This document shows positions 35,631 through 47,724 of a stretch of 64,000 bases of DNA, one piece after another. Each line of letters opens with the position of its first letter. Position 1 is the first letter of the stretch. Position numbers and translations under genes: made by a program. The DNA comes from Alloascoidea hylecoeti (taxonomy: Eukaryota): contig BCKZ01000001.1 of the NCBI GenBank assembly GCA_001600815.1, positions 1,459,389-1,523,388 on the forward strand, read 5' to 3'. Below the pieces are notes generated by a model. It made no database searches, was not told the origin of the DNA, and worked only from the letters and a program-made list of their open reading frames with translations.

Positions 35631-36632
35631 ATGAAATCTACAACTCCAACTTCTTCTCTTTCTTCCACATCTTCCGCCATATCCTCCGCCTCTTCCGCTT
35701 TATCCATCGAGGATCTTATGACAACGACGACTATCGGCACTAAAACTGCAAAGCCATCTTCTGCTTCCAAGACATCCGATCTTGATTACAAACTGCAACT
35801 GGTTTCTGGTTTAATTGATTCAACTGTTATTTTACTCGAAACATTATGGCCAAAACAACAAGATTCAAAAAGTTCCTCTTCTCCTTCCCTTTTATGGTTT
35901 GTAAGTGAGACTTTAAGACGTTCAAAATCTTCCTACTCAACCTTACAAGTTGCCTTATACTATTTAATACTATTGAAACCAAAAATACTATCAATAACAC
36001 AATTGGAAACTGCCACCCCAAATTGTTTATTAGATTGCCCGAGGAGAACATTTTTAACAAGTCTTATCGTATCAGCAAAATATTTACAAGACCAAACTTA
36101 CTCATTAAAATCTTGGAGCCGTATAACTGGTTTAAGATTGAAAGAAATTAAAAATTATGAATTACAATTTTTAAAAGCAATAAAATATGATTTATACATT
36201 AAAAAAGATGTTTATGATAAATGGAGTTCTTTGTTACTAAAATCGGCAAATCCAATTTATCATAATCTTAAACAATTACAAAAATCTCAATCACAATTAC
36301 AATTACAATTGCAATCTCAAGTACAACCACAACAAAAAGTTAAAATTTACTCTCCAAGGAAAGATTTATATTGGTGGCGTTGGATTATATTAAATCTTCA
36401 GCCTGGGTGCATTCTTGATCCAAAGAGTATTAATTCAATAATTCATAATCATAATAATAGCATTAATGAAAATGCCACTAAAAAAAGATCATCTGAATCA
36501 TTAGATAATTATAATCACAATGATACTATAAATACCAAAAAGCAAAGGACCGAAGCGGATTCTGAATCCGAACCAAAAACTAACGTTAACTCTGAATCAA
36601 AAAGAATATCAATCGATGATTTAATTCATTAG
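35631..36632 (+). CDS. PCL5: Pho85-type cyclin, Pcl5-like
   Basis: FVSETLRRSKSSYSTLQVALYYL, CPRRTFLTSLIVSAKYLQD..YS.KSWSRITGL cyclin box; ATGACTC upstream at 35450. Confidence 0.7.
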   Translation: MKSTTPTSSLSSTSSAISSASSALSIEDLMTTTTIGTKTAKPSSASKTSDLDYKLQLVSGLIDSTVILLETLWPKQQDSKSSSSPSLLWFVSETLRRSKSSYSTLQVALYYLILLKPKILSITQLETATPNCLLDCPRRTFLTSLIVSAKYLQDQTYSLKSWSRITGLRLKEIKNYELQFLKAIKYDLYIKKDVYDKWSSLLLKSANPIYHNLKQLQKSQSQLQLQLQSQVQPQQKVKIYSPRKDLYWWRWIILNLQPGCILDPKSINSIIHNHNNSINENATKKRSSESLDNYNHNDTINTKKQRTEADSESEPKTNVNSESKRISIDDLIH

Positions 36633-37288
36633 TTATCTTTATTAATAATATAAATTATTCATTTTTAATGTATTTTAGTCATTACTCATTTCATTTACTC
36701 AGTTTAATCATTTACTCATTCATTATTTATTATCCATCATTTAAGTTAGTCATTACTCATTAGTCATAAATATTTGTCGAAGCGATTTTAATAGATTTTA
36801 TTTGCTTTTTCATCATTTTTAGTACTATGTAGTATTCTAGATGTATTTATTATTTTATATTTATGGTGTGTTTCAGGTATTATGTTTAGTAAGATAAGAA
36901 AAACGACTATTATAATCAATCATAATTAAACACAGCTATAGTATAGGCCTATATTTCGGTGATGTCTTTGACTCGTTATTCATTTGAATTACTCCGGAGC
37001 AGTTAACATATATGATTTGTCATATTTAGTTAATACAATATGCTATTTATTTTAATAATCATGTTTCATTGTGTTGTCTATATTAAGATAAGGTAAAACG
37101 ACTATTATAATTAATTATAATTATGATATTTATCGGTAACCAATATTAATGCTAATATATGTATGGGGCTTAAATTTAGAGATGCAACGCGACGCGACAT
37201 GACCACGGCACCTGTACCAGTACCTGTTGTTCTGAAGTATGCTGATGAAGGTTTATATACATCAATTTATATTACAAATTTATCAATG

Positions 37289-37900
37289 TCATATGCTAAT
37301 TTTACCTTCTAAAATGTCATAAATTTTTTGTTCAACTGACTCCAAAACCTGACCTTCGTAATATTCCATATCTTTCCGGGGAACTTTCCCCAAAACATAT
37401 GCAGCAACATCTTTTGATAATCTTGAAGTTGGTCTATCAATGCCAACACCTAATTTCCAAAAATCTTCACCCATATATTGTTTAATTGAAAGTAAACCTT
37501 TATGACCACGTAGACTAACTTCTGGTTTCCTCAGTTGAATTTTCCCAATTGGTATTTGTAAATCATCATATAATATTAATAAATGCGGTTTATAGCCTTC
37601 ATTTATTGTTGGATCATTTTTTAATCTTTGCCATAGTTTTGAAACTGGTTTGCCACTAATATTCATAAAACAGTCAGTTTGAAACAAAATACATTTATCA
37701 GACAAAAATTTTGATTCCAGCGGAATTGTAAATTTCCCATCATTTGTCCATTTTTTATTAACTAGGAAAGGTCCACACCCCCATTGCTTCGACAATAAAT
37801 TTGTCATCAAGTGACCAATATTATGTCGTGTTCCATTATATAATGTGCCTGGATTGCCCACACTAGCAATAACCAAGAATGGTCCAAGTTTATTAGACAT
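37289..37900 (-). CDS. PTH1: Peptidyl-tRNA hydrolase (bacterial/mitochondrial Pth1 type)
   Basis: SVGNPG, TRHNIG, FMNISG, YDDL, RGHKGLLSI, LGVGIDRP, YVL. Confidence 0.85.
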   Translation of the reverse strand: MSNKLGPFLVIASVGNPGTLYNGTRHNIGHLMTNLLSKQWGCGPFLVNKKWTNDGKFTIPLESKFLSDKCILFQTDCFMNISGKPVSKLWQRLKNDPTINEGYKPHLLILYDDLQIPIGKIQLRKPEVSLRGHKGLLSIKQYMGEDFWKLGVGIDRPTSRLSKDVAAYVLGKVPRKDMEYYEGQVLESVEQKIYDILEGKISI

Positions 37901-38255
37901 ATGAAGGAAAAAGGTGATTACCGAAACGATGATTGGAACATTAACGTGGTGAGACCGTATATCACATCACGGCGCAGTACTTTACAGTCCTAGCAGTTGC
38001 ATATTATAAATTTTTTATTTTCCTTATTATTCGAATTCATCATTAATAGGCACCGGTTGCATTTTTTTACATGAAAAAATACTTTAAAATCTGCACAGTA
38101 ATGACGCAAAACTCCGAGCCTCTCAGCACAATTTTTCGCACTTGACCTTATTTACAACAGTTTACTTACAATTAACGCATTTTACCTTATTTTTCAGCTA
38201 CAGTGAAATTGATCCGAATTATGTATTTATTATTAAATTCCGGAATTTCTTGAAT

Positions 38256-38732
38256 TTACTCAACCAAATCCCCAATATATTGGTACTTCCGGATGAACAA
38301 CGCCTCCCACTCCTTTAACGATTTGGTTTCGGAATCGGTAAGATCATCCAACTTATCAATCGGTTCACTTATCGGAGTTATCACTGAAGGATCAAAACTG
38401 TTTTTCGCCAAACCTCTTGAAGCATCATTCCCAGCAAAATTGGCATACGGACCTTTGGGTCCGTAAAAGTTCTTACCAGCTGTAACATCATAAATCTTAC
38501 CACAAACAGCAATGAAAACTCTTGGATCTATCACCCCATTATATTTTTTCAATTCTTGTCTTGTTAAATTTCCAAGTACAATTGGTTCTAATTCTGTATT
38601 ATCTTGACCTTTAGCATTAAAATTTGGTTCTGTTGTTTTCACTTTTGGAAATAAAACTCGTTTGATCACAAAAGCACTAAGGATGATGACTATTACGGGT
38701 TGAATGATAGTTTTTAAATCATAATCTGACAT
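38256..38732 (-). CDS. DAP1: MAPR heme/steroid-binding protein
   Basis: N-terminal TM, IYDVTAGKNFYGPKGPYANFAGNDASRGLAKNSF, KYQYIG. Confidence 0.88.
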   Translation of the reverse strand: MSDYDLKTIIQPVIVIILSAFVIKRVLFPKVKTTEPNFNAKGQDNTELEPIVLGNLTRQELKKYNGVIDPRVFIAVCGKIYDVTAGKNFYGPKGPYANFAGNDASRGLAKNSFDPSVITPISEPIDKLDDLTDSETKSLKEWEALFIRKYQYIGDLVE

Positions 38733-39107
38733 TTTTGTGTTTAAGTTCGTTACTTGCTTGTAATTCGGAGATATCAGGTGAGGGGATTTTGAAAAGAGGA
38801 AAAAGAGTAGATTATGAGACTAATCCATGATCATTTTGAGATGTTGTTGGGTTGTTTTGGAGGTTTATTAATATGCACGTGATATCGGATCTTTTCAACG
38901 AATTTAGAAATACTATGACCAATACGGAAATATAAAGCCAGTAAATTTAAACCATATGAAGCGGACTATAAAGTAGACCATGAATGGCATGAAATAAACC
39001 ATGAGAGATAGACCTCGGAGATCTCTATCCTTTAAATGCTTATATTGCTAGTAAATGTAAAAGATTTATACGTGGACCTATAAACGTACTTAACACACTG
39101 GGAATAA

Positions 39108-41750
39108 TCACTGTACCAACTTTTTTGACTCCTGGTATAATAAATCAGCAACTTTATCCAATTCTTTCTGTGCCAATTCCCAATTATTCTGATAAATTGC
39201 ATCCCGAACACTTGGAAATGTCCCCCATTCCCAATCATTTTTATTATTATCCGTTATAGATATAGGTGGATATTGTTGGGGGCCAAATAATATATTTTTA
39301 AACCATGATCTACCTGGTAAACCTTCTTCAATTAAAAATGCTTTATCAATTGCTGCAAGACCATCATTCCATTTTAATCTCTTCTCTGTTACTAAACTTG
39401 GTTCTAAATTTGAATTTGCTATAATTATTTCATGCCATGCTTTAATCCAATTATCAAATCTAGCACCTGCCATTGTAAATGCTTTAATTGATGCGATTAT
39501 ATTACTAGTTGATAACAGTCTTTGATTATTATCCCACGATGGTTGAATTGATGCATAATTTTTTAAATCATCAACATAAGATTCTAATCCATTACAATAA
39601 TCGTTTAAATTAAAAGGAATTATTGGTTCATCAGAATATTTAAAAATTAATTCTGATAAAATTTGTGTTAAAGTTTGATGATAATCAAAAGTTTTATCAC
39701 CAAATTTTATAATTCTTTCAAATGTATCATGACAACTTTTTTCAGGATATGAATCACCTTTAAAAGAAATTTCTAAAGTTGGTATACCTGCTAATGAAAT
39801 TAACGGTATATAATTATTATTATAACCAATTGTTGATTTATAATTTTTTGATTGAATTAAATCAAATGTTTCATTTGTTATTGGATCTCTAATATTTCTT
39901 AAAATTTCTTTAATTGAATCTTGAAATATTGGATGACCTTTAATTTCTAAATTTTTACCAGAAATTGCTGAATCAAGATTAATATATAAATATCCTGCTT
40001 CAATTAATGCATCTTTTCTTTCTTCTGCAAAATGTTTACTACCCGCTAAATTATATTCTGTACCATCCCAACTTATAAAATAAATTGATCTTCTTGGTGT
40101 CCAATGTAAATGTTTTCTCATCATTGAAAAAATTTTAGCAAGTTCTAATAATATAGCAGTTCCTGAATTTGGATCAATTGCACCATAACAAAATGAATCT
40201 CTTTGTGCTCCAATAATAATTGCTTTGTAATCTTGTTCACCACCATCAATTCTACCAATAACATTCCACATTGCATGTTCATTATAAACTTTCATTTTAT
40301 TTTTCATATGAATTTTATAATCAATGTTTGTAATATTCCCACTCCACCATTCATTATTTTCTGGTTCAGGTATTGGTAAATGAGGTAACCAATCATCAGA
40401 TAATTTGAAACCATGATTTGAAGTTTTGGACATAATTTTAAAAAGTTCAGACCATGCAATTGGTATGCTTGGTATTAATATAGCATCTTCAATATCTTCT
40501 TCATCATTTGGTACTAAACCAGGTTGATGAGTTATTAATCCAGCACCATCACGTTGTATACTATCTAAAGTATAATAACTACCCATTAATTTATCATCTG
40601 TAAATAATATAACACCTTTTGCACCATTATTTTGAGCAAATTTAATTTTTAAACCTGTTGGAATATCATTACCATACCTTATAATTACAATTGAATCTTT
40701 TATAATTATATTATTTTCTTTTAATATTTTAAAATCTTTTTCTGATCCATAATTTGCATAAATAAAATGACCAGTTGATTCACCATTAAAAGAACCAGTA
40801 TTAAAACCAATTTTATTAATCCCTGCATCTAAATCATCATTATCACCACCTTCATTTTCTTGTAAATTAATACTAAATCCTTTATCATTATTATTTGTTG
40901 AAATCATTTCAATCAAACTTTCTGTTGTTGGATAATCAACATATCCTTGAAATTCATTTAATTCTAATTCTTTTATACCATAATTTTTAAATTCAGATTT
41001 AATATATTTTGCTAATGTTAAATCACCAACTGATCCAGCAAGATGAGGCATTGATGATAAATATTCAATGTGTTCTTCAATTTTACCCTTATCAATATTT
41101 TCATTTATAAAATTATAAATATCATTAATTGTCATGTAACCATCATCTAAACCACCACTAAAAGAACCACCACCACCCATTTGGCTTTTATTAACAGCAT
41201 CTGATGATATTACTAAATAAATGCCAGATGATATAACGATTACATAAACAAATCTTCTCATTATTAAAGGATTTCCGACTTTTGCTAAATAACCATCGAT
41301 TTTTTGTGATACAAGAGACCATATTTGAGATATTGGATCAAGGAATTTTTGAACAGGTGTTACTATTTTAGTACTAAATTCATTTGCTATTCGATGGGAC
41401 GCTAATGAAGCTCTTCTACCGATATCATGAATACTGGTCCGATGTGATGGTTCTTCGATTTCCATTTGTATTATATTTCTATGGCTTGTGTCACTATCAG
41501 TATCACTAAACTCGATGTTTGTGGTGCTGTTATTTCCAGATTCAAGGTCGCTTAGCAGCCGATCAGTACTAGCCATGGCTAAAACAGTCTCTCTCTCACT
41601 GTATTCGTTGTTATGATCATAAGAAGGCGGTAATAACGGTAACCCATCATTTCCAGTTATTCCCTCCGGATCCTGTCCCGCTATAATATCACTTTCACTT
41701 TCACTATTAATACTGTCATTATCATCATCATTAGTATGCCTTCTGACCAT
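39108..41750 (-). CDS. Transferrin-receptor-like M28 family membrane protein (Tre1/Tre2-like)
   Basis: N-terminal PPSY motif, single TM, PHLAGSVGD, PA domain (YANYG, IIRYG), GAQRDS..GAIDPNSGTA, SWDGTEYNLAGS, GLPGRSWFKNILFGP. Confidence 0.82.
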   Translation of the reverse strand: MVRRHTNDDDNDSINSESESDIIAGQDPEGITGNDGLPLLPPSYDHNNEYSERETVLAMASTDRLLSDLESGNNSTTNIEFSDTDSDTSHRNIIQMEIEEPSHRTSIHDIGRRASLASHRIANEFSTKIVTPVQKFLDPISQIWSLVSQKIDGYLAKVGNPLIMRRFVYVIVISSGIYLVISSDAVNKSQMGGGGSFSGGLDDGYMTINDIYNFINENIDKGKIEEHIEYLSSMPHLAGSVGDLTLAKYIKSEFKNYGIKELELNEFQGYVDYPTTESLIEMISTNNNDKGFSINLQENEGGDNDDLDAGINKIGFNTGSFNGESTGHFIYANYGSEKDFKILKENNIIIKDSIVIIRYGNDIPTGLKIKFAQNNGAKGVILFTDDKLMGSYYTLDSIQRDGAGLITHQPGLVPNDEEDIEDAILIPSIPIAWSELFKIMSKTSNHGFKLSDDWLPHLPIPEPENNEWWSGNITNIDYKIHMKNKMKVYNEHAMWNVIGRIDGGEQDYKAIIIGAQRDSFCYGAIDPNSGTAILLELAKIFSMMRKHLHWTPRRSIYFISWDGTEYNLAGSKHFAEERKDALIEAGYLYINLDSAISGKNLEIKGHPIFQDSIKEILRNIRDPITNETFDLIQSKNYKSTIGYNNNYIPLISLAGIPTLEISFKGDSYPEKSCHDTFERIIKFGDKTFDYHQTLTQILSELIFKYSDEPIIPFNLNDYCNGLESYVDDLKNYASIQPSWDNNQRLLSTSNIIASIKAFTMAGARFDNWIKAWHEIIIANSNLEPSLVTEKRLKWNDGLAAIDKAFLIEEGLPGRSWFKNILFGPQQYPPISITDNNKNDWEWGTFPSVRDAIYQNNWELAQKELDKVADLLYQESKKLVQ

Positions 41751-43768
41751 TTTTTAGTTGGTTGCTTTTTTGTTTCAATATGACTATATGAATAAATATA
41801 AAAAAATATTTATAATTTATAGTTTATAATTAATATGTCTGGCTAGAAAATTAACATATTTTATAGATTAATAAATTATTAAGGCTTTGTTGCAATGGGG
41901 ATTCTATCGTTCTGAAATATACTTAAGCAGATCAGATTACTAAGATATCTGCACATCTTGTGTAATCATTTTTAAGTTTTGGAGTATTGCAGGGATACTC
42001 TGATGCGTTCTGGACTTGCATTCGTAAATCATACATAATGTCCTCTTTCTCCTAATGAACTTGGACAAAATGTTCACTTTTGGGGAAACCTAATTATGAA
42101 GTATTGACCTTAGAGCTTAAGGTTTGACCTTTGTCAAACTTATTAGGTTACAGGTTTGGTATAAATTATGTCAATTGCCATACATAATAGTTCATGAGCA
42201 CTTCTTTCTTATTCACACATCTTGAAAAATCTTCAATAAAATATAATTATCATGGTACGCGAAGAACAAGTTGCTATATTAATGAAGGGGATCGATTTCC
42301 GTATTATAAGTGAATAGGATTCGAAGATGCTAATTATAATATAGATAGAAATTCAGGGTAAAATACAACTATGTTAATAAATATACTGTATACATGTATT
42401 TAGCTATTTATAGCTAAAGCTGATATGACTCGAACTCAAATATAAATATAAATATCAATATAAAATATAAGTTATATGGCTCAATTCTGTTTAGTAAAAT
42501 CAACACGGATACAACTATTAATAGAAGCATATTGGCCTAAAATTTTAAATATAAATAATTATTAATTATACAAGAAATTTTAGCGGCGGTTGTTATAATT
42601 AGAGTAAAAAAGAACTTGGCAATTACAGCATTATATTATAATTATAGAATATAGGATACCTATTACTAAAATGAACAAAGCTAATTGCAATTGCAATTGA
42701 AATTGCAACTGTGGATTTTAAATTAAAAAACAGCTTGTAGATTAAATCGAGATGAAAGCTTAAAAGAAGGCTTAATGAAACATCATTACAAATAATTAAA
42801 TATATAATAATATCAATTGAAAATTAATTGAATTAAAATTAAATTATATCTTACATAGGATTATAAAATTAACCCATCGTAGCATTCAATAGGGTTAATC
42901 GAAGTTCAGGCTTAGTAGAATGATTATCATTATAAGTTATATTGTGAGAAATTTATGAAATATACTAGTACTCATTATTTAAAGAAAAAGATTTTACAAA
43001 ACTTTCATGTTATGATTATGAAACAGCTAGTAGTTATACTATTTTGATGCCGATATCGATTATGATATGTATCAATAGCAAGTTTAACTACTTTAATCAT
43101 GATTTCACATTTTCAATCTTTATAATAAACAACAAATGTATTAAAAGTTCTTAAATTTGATACCCTGAAACTATTTATTGATATTTTCTTTAATTGCGAG
43201 TTATTTCTAGAACTTGCTGCTGAATATATGATAAACTATATATTTAATATTGAATTACCATCAAATTCAATTAATTTATTTTCCCACACTTTTTTTGTGT
43301 TGCAATTGATTATAATTTATATCAAAACTTTAAAGCTTTCAATGCATTCATTAAATCAATTAAATTTGCATGAGTATAATACTAATGAATCTAATTATAC
43401 TGGAATTGAATAAAAGTATTAAAGGTTCTATAGAGGATATTAATTGTTAATTATAATTGATCTTCAGCGCGTGTCGATATCATCTCCACAATATATTACC
43501 CATGATCAGATGTACACCCAAACCTCAGATTTTCAATAGCCGAACCCGAATCTGCGGTCGGCTTTGGAAGATTGACGAACCGGATTTGGAATTGATCGGA
43601 GATCCGGATTTGAAAAATATTATCGGATGTTGTTACACCACCAATTATAAAGAAGTGTAGTATTATTGTATTAAAATACATATTTATTCATTGTTTGCAA
43701 CTGTTTTCTCTTTTTTTTTCACTTAACTTCAATTTCTCCCGAGTCGAAGGTTTCACAATTGGAAATAA

Positions 43769-45121
43769 ATGTCATCTCAAACTCCTTTACTCTTTTCAGC
43801 ACCTGGTAAAGTGATTTTATTTGGGGAACATGCTGCTGTTTATGGGAAACCGGCAATTGCTGCCGCTTTGTCTTTAAGAACTTATTTATTGGTTACACCT
43901 CCAACTAAACCCGAGGATCATACCATTACTTTAGAATTCTCTGATATTGGTTTTAATCATTCATGGCATACTTCAGAATTACCTTGGTCAAAAGTAACTA
44001 ATGATGTGTTAAATACTGAGGAATTATTACCTGAATTAGTTGGCGCTTTAAAGATATGTTTAAAAGATATTAAACAACCATTTCAACATGTTGCTGCTTA
44101 TGCATTTTTATATCTTTATATGTGCTTAACACCAAAAGAAACCCCTTTATATGGAACTTTTTTAATGAAATCTACATTACCCATTGGTGCTGGATTAGGA
44201 TCATCTGCTGCTATTTCAGTATGTTTATCAGCTGCTCTTTTAACACTCAATAATCGAATTGTAAGCCCATTAACTGAAGAGGAACAAATTCAAGAAGAAT
44301 CAAATTCTGAAAATAAATCTGAATGTAGCTCTAATAAATCTGAATCAAATATAAATAAATCATCAGTTGATATAATTGATCATTGGGCATTCATATCTGA
44401 AAAATGTATTCATGGAAATCCTTCAGGTATTGATAATACGGTTTCATCACATGGAGGAGCTGTTATGTTCCAAAGAACAAATGTTGCAAATTTACCAAAT
44501 ATAAGAACATCAATTTCAATACCACAAATCAATTTATTGTTAACAAACACAAAACATCCAAGAAATACATTAGATTTAGTTGCAGGAGTTGCACAATTAT
44601 CAACGATTATGCCAGAAACTGTTACTCTTATAATGGATTGTATTGATAATTGTGTTAAATACGCGTTTAAAATAATGTGTAATACAAATGATGATAAATT
44701 GGATTTAAAATCAACAGAAGAAATTAGAAATTTAGTTCGAATCAATCACGGATTATTAGTTTCATTGGGCGTTTCACATCCAACTTTGGAACAAATTAAA
44801 TCAGTTGCCGATACAATTGATATTGGAGAAACTAAATTAACTGGAGCTGGTGGAGGTGGTTGTGCAATTACTCTTTTAAAAGATAATATTACAACATCAC
44901 AATTAAATGAATTTAAAATTGAAATGGAACAAAAAAGAAAATTTGAAGTTTTTAAAACTTCACTTGGTGGTAAAGGAGTTGCATATCTTTCACCAATTGA
45001 TATAATTAATAATAAATCATCAAAAAATATATTTGATGCTCAAGTTTTTATAGATCTTGGTTCAAAACAAGATATTGAAAATACTATTGGAACACAATCT
45101 AATAAATGGAGATATTGGTGA
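43769..45121 (+). CDS. ERG12: Mevalonate kinase
   Basis: SAPGKVILFGEHAAVYG, LPIGAGLGSSAA, EKCIHGNPSGIDN, KLTGAGGGGC. Confidence 0.95.
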   Translation: MSSQTPLLFSAPGKVILFGEHAAVYGKPAIAAALSLRTYLLVTPPTKPEDHTITLEFSDIGFNHSWHTSELPWSKVTNDVLNTEELLPELVGALKICLKDIKQPFQHVAAYAFLYLYMCLTPKETPLYGTFLMKSTLPIGAGLGSSAAISVCLSAALLTLNNRIVSPLTEEEQIQEESNSENKSECSSNKSESNINKSSVDIIDHWAFISEKCIHGNPSGIDNTVSSHGGAVMFQRTNVANLPNIRTSISIPQINLLLTNTKHPRNTLDLVAGVAQLSTIMPETVTLIMDCIDNCVKYAFKIMCNTNDDKLDLKSTEEIRNLVRINHGLLVSLGVSHPTLEQIKSVADTIDIGETKLTGAGGGGCAITLLKDNITTSQLNEFKIEMEQKRKFEVFKTSLGGKGVAYLSPIDIINNKSSKNIFDAQVFIDLGSKQDIENTIGTQSNKWRYW

Positions 45122-45575
45122 TATATTAGTCATGATCATGAATGAACAATTGCTGAACATTAAATTAAATATAATTAGTATTGCTTTGTAAATTTTGTTT
45201 GTTTGATCTCATATAATAGATATATAGAGAGATGGTGTTTATAATTATAAATCTTGTTTACATTTTCATATATTTAGTTAACTTCGTTACAAATATGTTG
45301 ATATTACTAATCCATTTTTCACTATTTGCCACACAATCATTGTATAACACAACAATCGGACTGTAATAACATAACGTTACCCGACTATTCCCGGATCGGT
45401 TTAGGGATAAACTGTAGATCTAGAAGATTCTTACACACTCAAAAATGAAATAGAACAGAAATTAGATATATTATATTTTATAGAAACCATCAATGTCAAT
45501 GTTAATGCTTTTTATTCAAGAGAAAGATATATATTTACATAGTAGAACAGATCGTAAAGTTAATGCTAACTAAAA

Positions 45576-46037
45576 CTAATACTGTCTAGACATCTCTTGA
45601 CAGGACTTCAATTGCTGTAAATACCAATCGCAAATTTGCATATTGCCACTGTTTTCATCGAGACATTTTGTGAAGTTTCTGGCATCAACATCACAGGCTT
45701 TGAAACCTTCGTTGCTTGTGTTCGACATGGCTTGCAATGGAGCAGGTGGAGCAGCAGCAGCAGGTTCAGCTGGTGCCGAGGAACCTCCGAACACGGAACT
45801 CAATCCAGCACCGATTGTATGGCCGACAGCTGATCCGACGGCAACACCGGCGGCGGTGGAAGCCATTTGTGCGAACAGTCCTGGTTGTTGGGACTGTGCG
45901 ACAGCAGGAGGATGCGCTGCGGATGGTGCTGGTGCTGGTGGGTGGGCGGCAGCTGGGGCACGGGCAGGGTAGGCTGCGGTGGAAGCAGATCTGGTTTGGG
46001 TGGAGGGTCTAACGGGAGCAGCACGACGACGGGCCAT
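45576..46037 (-). CDS. MIX17: Mitochondrial CHCH protein Mix17 (CHCHD2/10 family)
   Basis: QPGLFAQMASTAAGVAVGSAVGH, twin CX9C (CDVDARNFTKC...CDWYLQQLKSC). Confidence 0.92.
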   Translation of the reverse strand: MARRRAAPVRPSTQTRSASTAAYPARAPAAAHPPAPAPSAAHPPAVAQSQQPGLFAQMASTAAGVAVGSAVGHTIGAGLSSVFGGSSAPAEPAAAAPPAPLQAMSNTSNEGFKACDVDARNFTKCLDENSGNMQICDWYLQQLKSCQEMSRQY

Positions 46038-46215
46038 TTTGAATGTTGAATATATTGAAGTTGGAACAGAGAAAGAAAAATAGGCCGTTTGTGTTTAAAT
46101 ATTTGGGACCACGTGCTAGTCACGTGTCTCTGATTATCCAATGAACGGCCTGCAATATGATAGTATTACCTTTTCTCCTTCAACCTTCTCTTTGATATTT
46201 TGTATCATCTGAAAA
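46038..46215. promoter_or_regulatory. Short bidirectional promoter (MIX17 / complex I 49 kDa) with two CACGTG and a CCAAT
   Basis: ccacgtgctagtcacgtg at ~46109-46126; CCAAT at 46138-46142. Confidence 0.5.
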
Positions 46216-47724
46216 ATGCTTTCTCGCAGATTGCTTCTCAGAACAACGGGTTCCGGTCTGTTCGCTAGACCTGTGAGAACCACTTATTCTTCAATTGGTC
46301 GTTTTTTTTCAACAACCCATCATAATAATCAACAACCAAGAAAAAGGGATGGTTGGTATCCTGAAGATTTGGAACTGCCGAGTGAAAACTTAGGATTAGA
46401 TGGTAAACCTTTTTATAAAGGTCCATCAGTTGATGAACTCCAAAACCCATTCGGAAATTTCAATCCAACAACAATGACTGAAGATGTGTCTGCAGATTTT
46501 AGATTAATAAATCAAGATGTTGAACATGAATTAAATCAAGTTCAAGAATCGAAAAAAAAAATTAGACATTTTACTTTAAATTTTGGTCCACAACATCCTG
46601 CTGCTCATGGTGTTTTAAGATTAATTTTAGAATTAAAAGGTGAAGAAATTTTAAGATCAGATCCTCATGTTGGTTTATTACATCGTGGTACCGAAAAATT
46701 AATTGAATTTAGAACTTATATGCAAGCTTTACCATATTTTGATCGATTGGATTATGTTTCTATGATGACAAATGAATTGGTTTTCTGTTTAGCGACTGAG
46801 AAATTATTAAATGTTGAAGTACCAATTCGGGCTCAATATATCAGAACTTTATTTGGTGAAATCACAAGAGTGTTAAATCATTTAATGTCTGTCTTATCTC
46901 ATGCTATGGATGTCGGTGCTTTAACTCCATTTTTATGGGGGTTTGAAGAACGTGAAAAGTTAATGGAATTTTATGAACGTGTTTCTGGTGCAAGATTACA
47001 TTCTGCTTATTTTAGACCAGGTGGTGTTTCACAAGATTTACCAAATGGAATGCTAGATGATATTTATATGTGGGCAACACAGTTTGGTGATAGACTTGAT
47101 GAAACTGAAGAATTATTGACTGATAATCGTATATGGAAACAAAGAACTATTAATATTGGTGTGGTGACTGCTGAAGCTGCCTTAAATCATTCTTTATCTG
47201 GTGTTATGTTAAGAGGTTCTGGTATTCCTTTTGATATTAGAAAAAATCAACCTTATGATGCCTATGACAAAATGGATTTCGATGTACCAGTTGGTTTAAA
47301 TGGTGATTGTTATGATCGTTATCTATGTAGAATGGCTGAATTTAGACAATCTTTACGTATCATTGAACAATGTATTAATGATATGCCTTCTGGTCCTGTG
47401 AAAGTTGAAGATTATAAAATTTCTCCTCCTCCAAGAGCTGCAATGAAAGAAGATATGGAAGCTTTAATTCATCATTTCTTATTATTTACAAAAGGTTATT
47501 GTGTACCTCCTGGTGAAACTTACACCGCAATTGAAGCTCCAAAAGGTGAAATGGGTGTTTTCCTAGTATCAAATGGTACTGAGCGTCCATATAGATGTAA
47601 AATTAGAGCTCCTGGTTTTGCTCATTTAGGTGCTTTTGATCATATTGCAAGAGGAAATTACCTAGCGGATGCTGTTGCTATTATTGGTACAATGGATTTG
47701 GTCTTTGGTGAAGTTGATCGTTAA
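46216..47724 (+). CDS. NUCM: NADH:ubiquinone oxidoreductase 49 kDa subunit (NDUFS2/NUCM)
   Basis: Presequence, [49 protein letters not shown] end. Confidence 0.95.
   Translation: MLSRRLLLRTTGSGLFARPVRTTYSSIGRFFSTTHHNNQQPRKRDGWYPEDLELPSENLGLDGKPFYKGPSVDELQNPFGNFNPTTMTEDVSADFRLINQDVEHELNQVQESKKKIRHFTLNFGPQHPAAHGVLRLILELKGEEILRSDPHVGLLHRGTEKLIEFRTYMQALPYFDRLDYVSMMTNELVFCLATEKLLNVEVPIRAQYIRTLFGEITRVLNHLMSVLSHAMDVGALTPFLWGFEEREKLMEFYERVSGARLHSAYFRPGGVSQDLPNGMLDDIYMWATQFGDRLDETEELLTDNRIWKQRTINIGVVTAEAALNHSLSGVMLRGSGIPFDIRKNQPYDAYDKMDFDVPVGLNGDCYDRYLCRMAEFRQSLRIIEQCINDMPSGPVKVEDYKISPPPRAAMKEDMEALIHHFLLFTKGYCVPPGETYTAIEAPKGEMGVFLVSNGTERPYRCKIRAPGFAHLGAFDHIARGNYLADAVAIIGTMDLVFGEVDR

Noticed and set aside
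35450..35634. uORFs ahead of the PCL5-like cyclin
   Set aside because: Their ATGs lie upstream of a TATAAATA at 35578, so probably outside the mRNA; needs TSS data
36889..37123. ~40-bp imperfect direct repeat spaced ~195 bp
   Set aside because: AT-rich, no TIR or TSD; most likely a local duplication
45636..46141. Antisense and alternative-frame ORFs over MIX17
   Set aside because: Shadow ORFs of a GC-rich Ala/Pro gene
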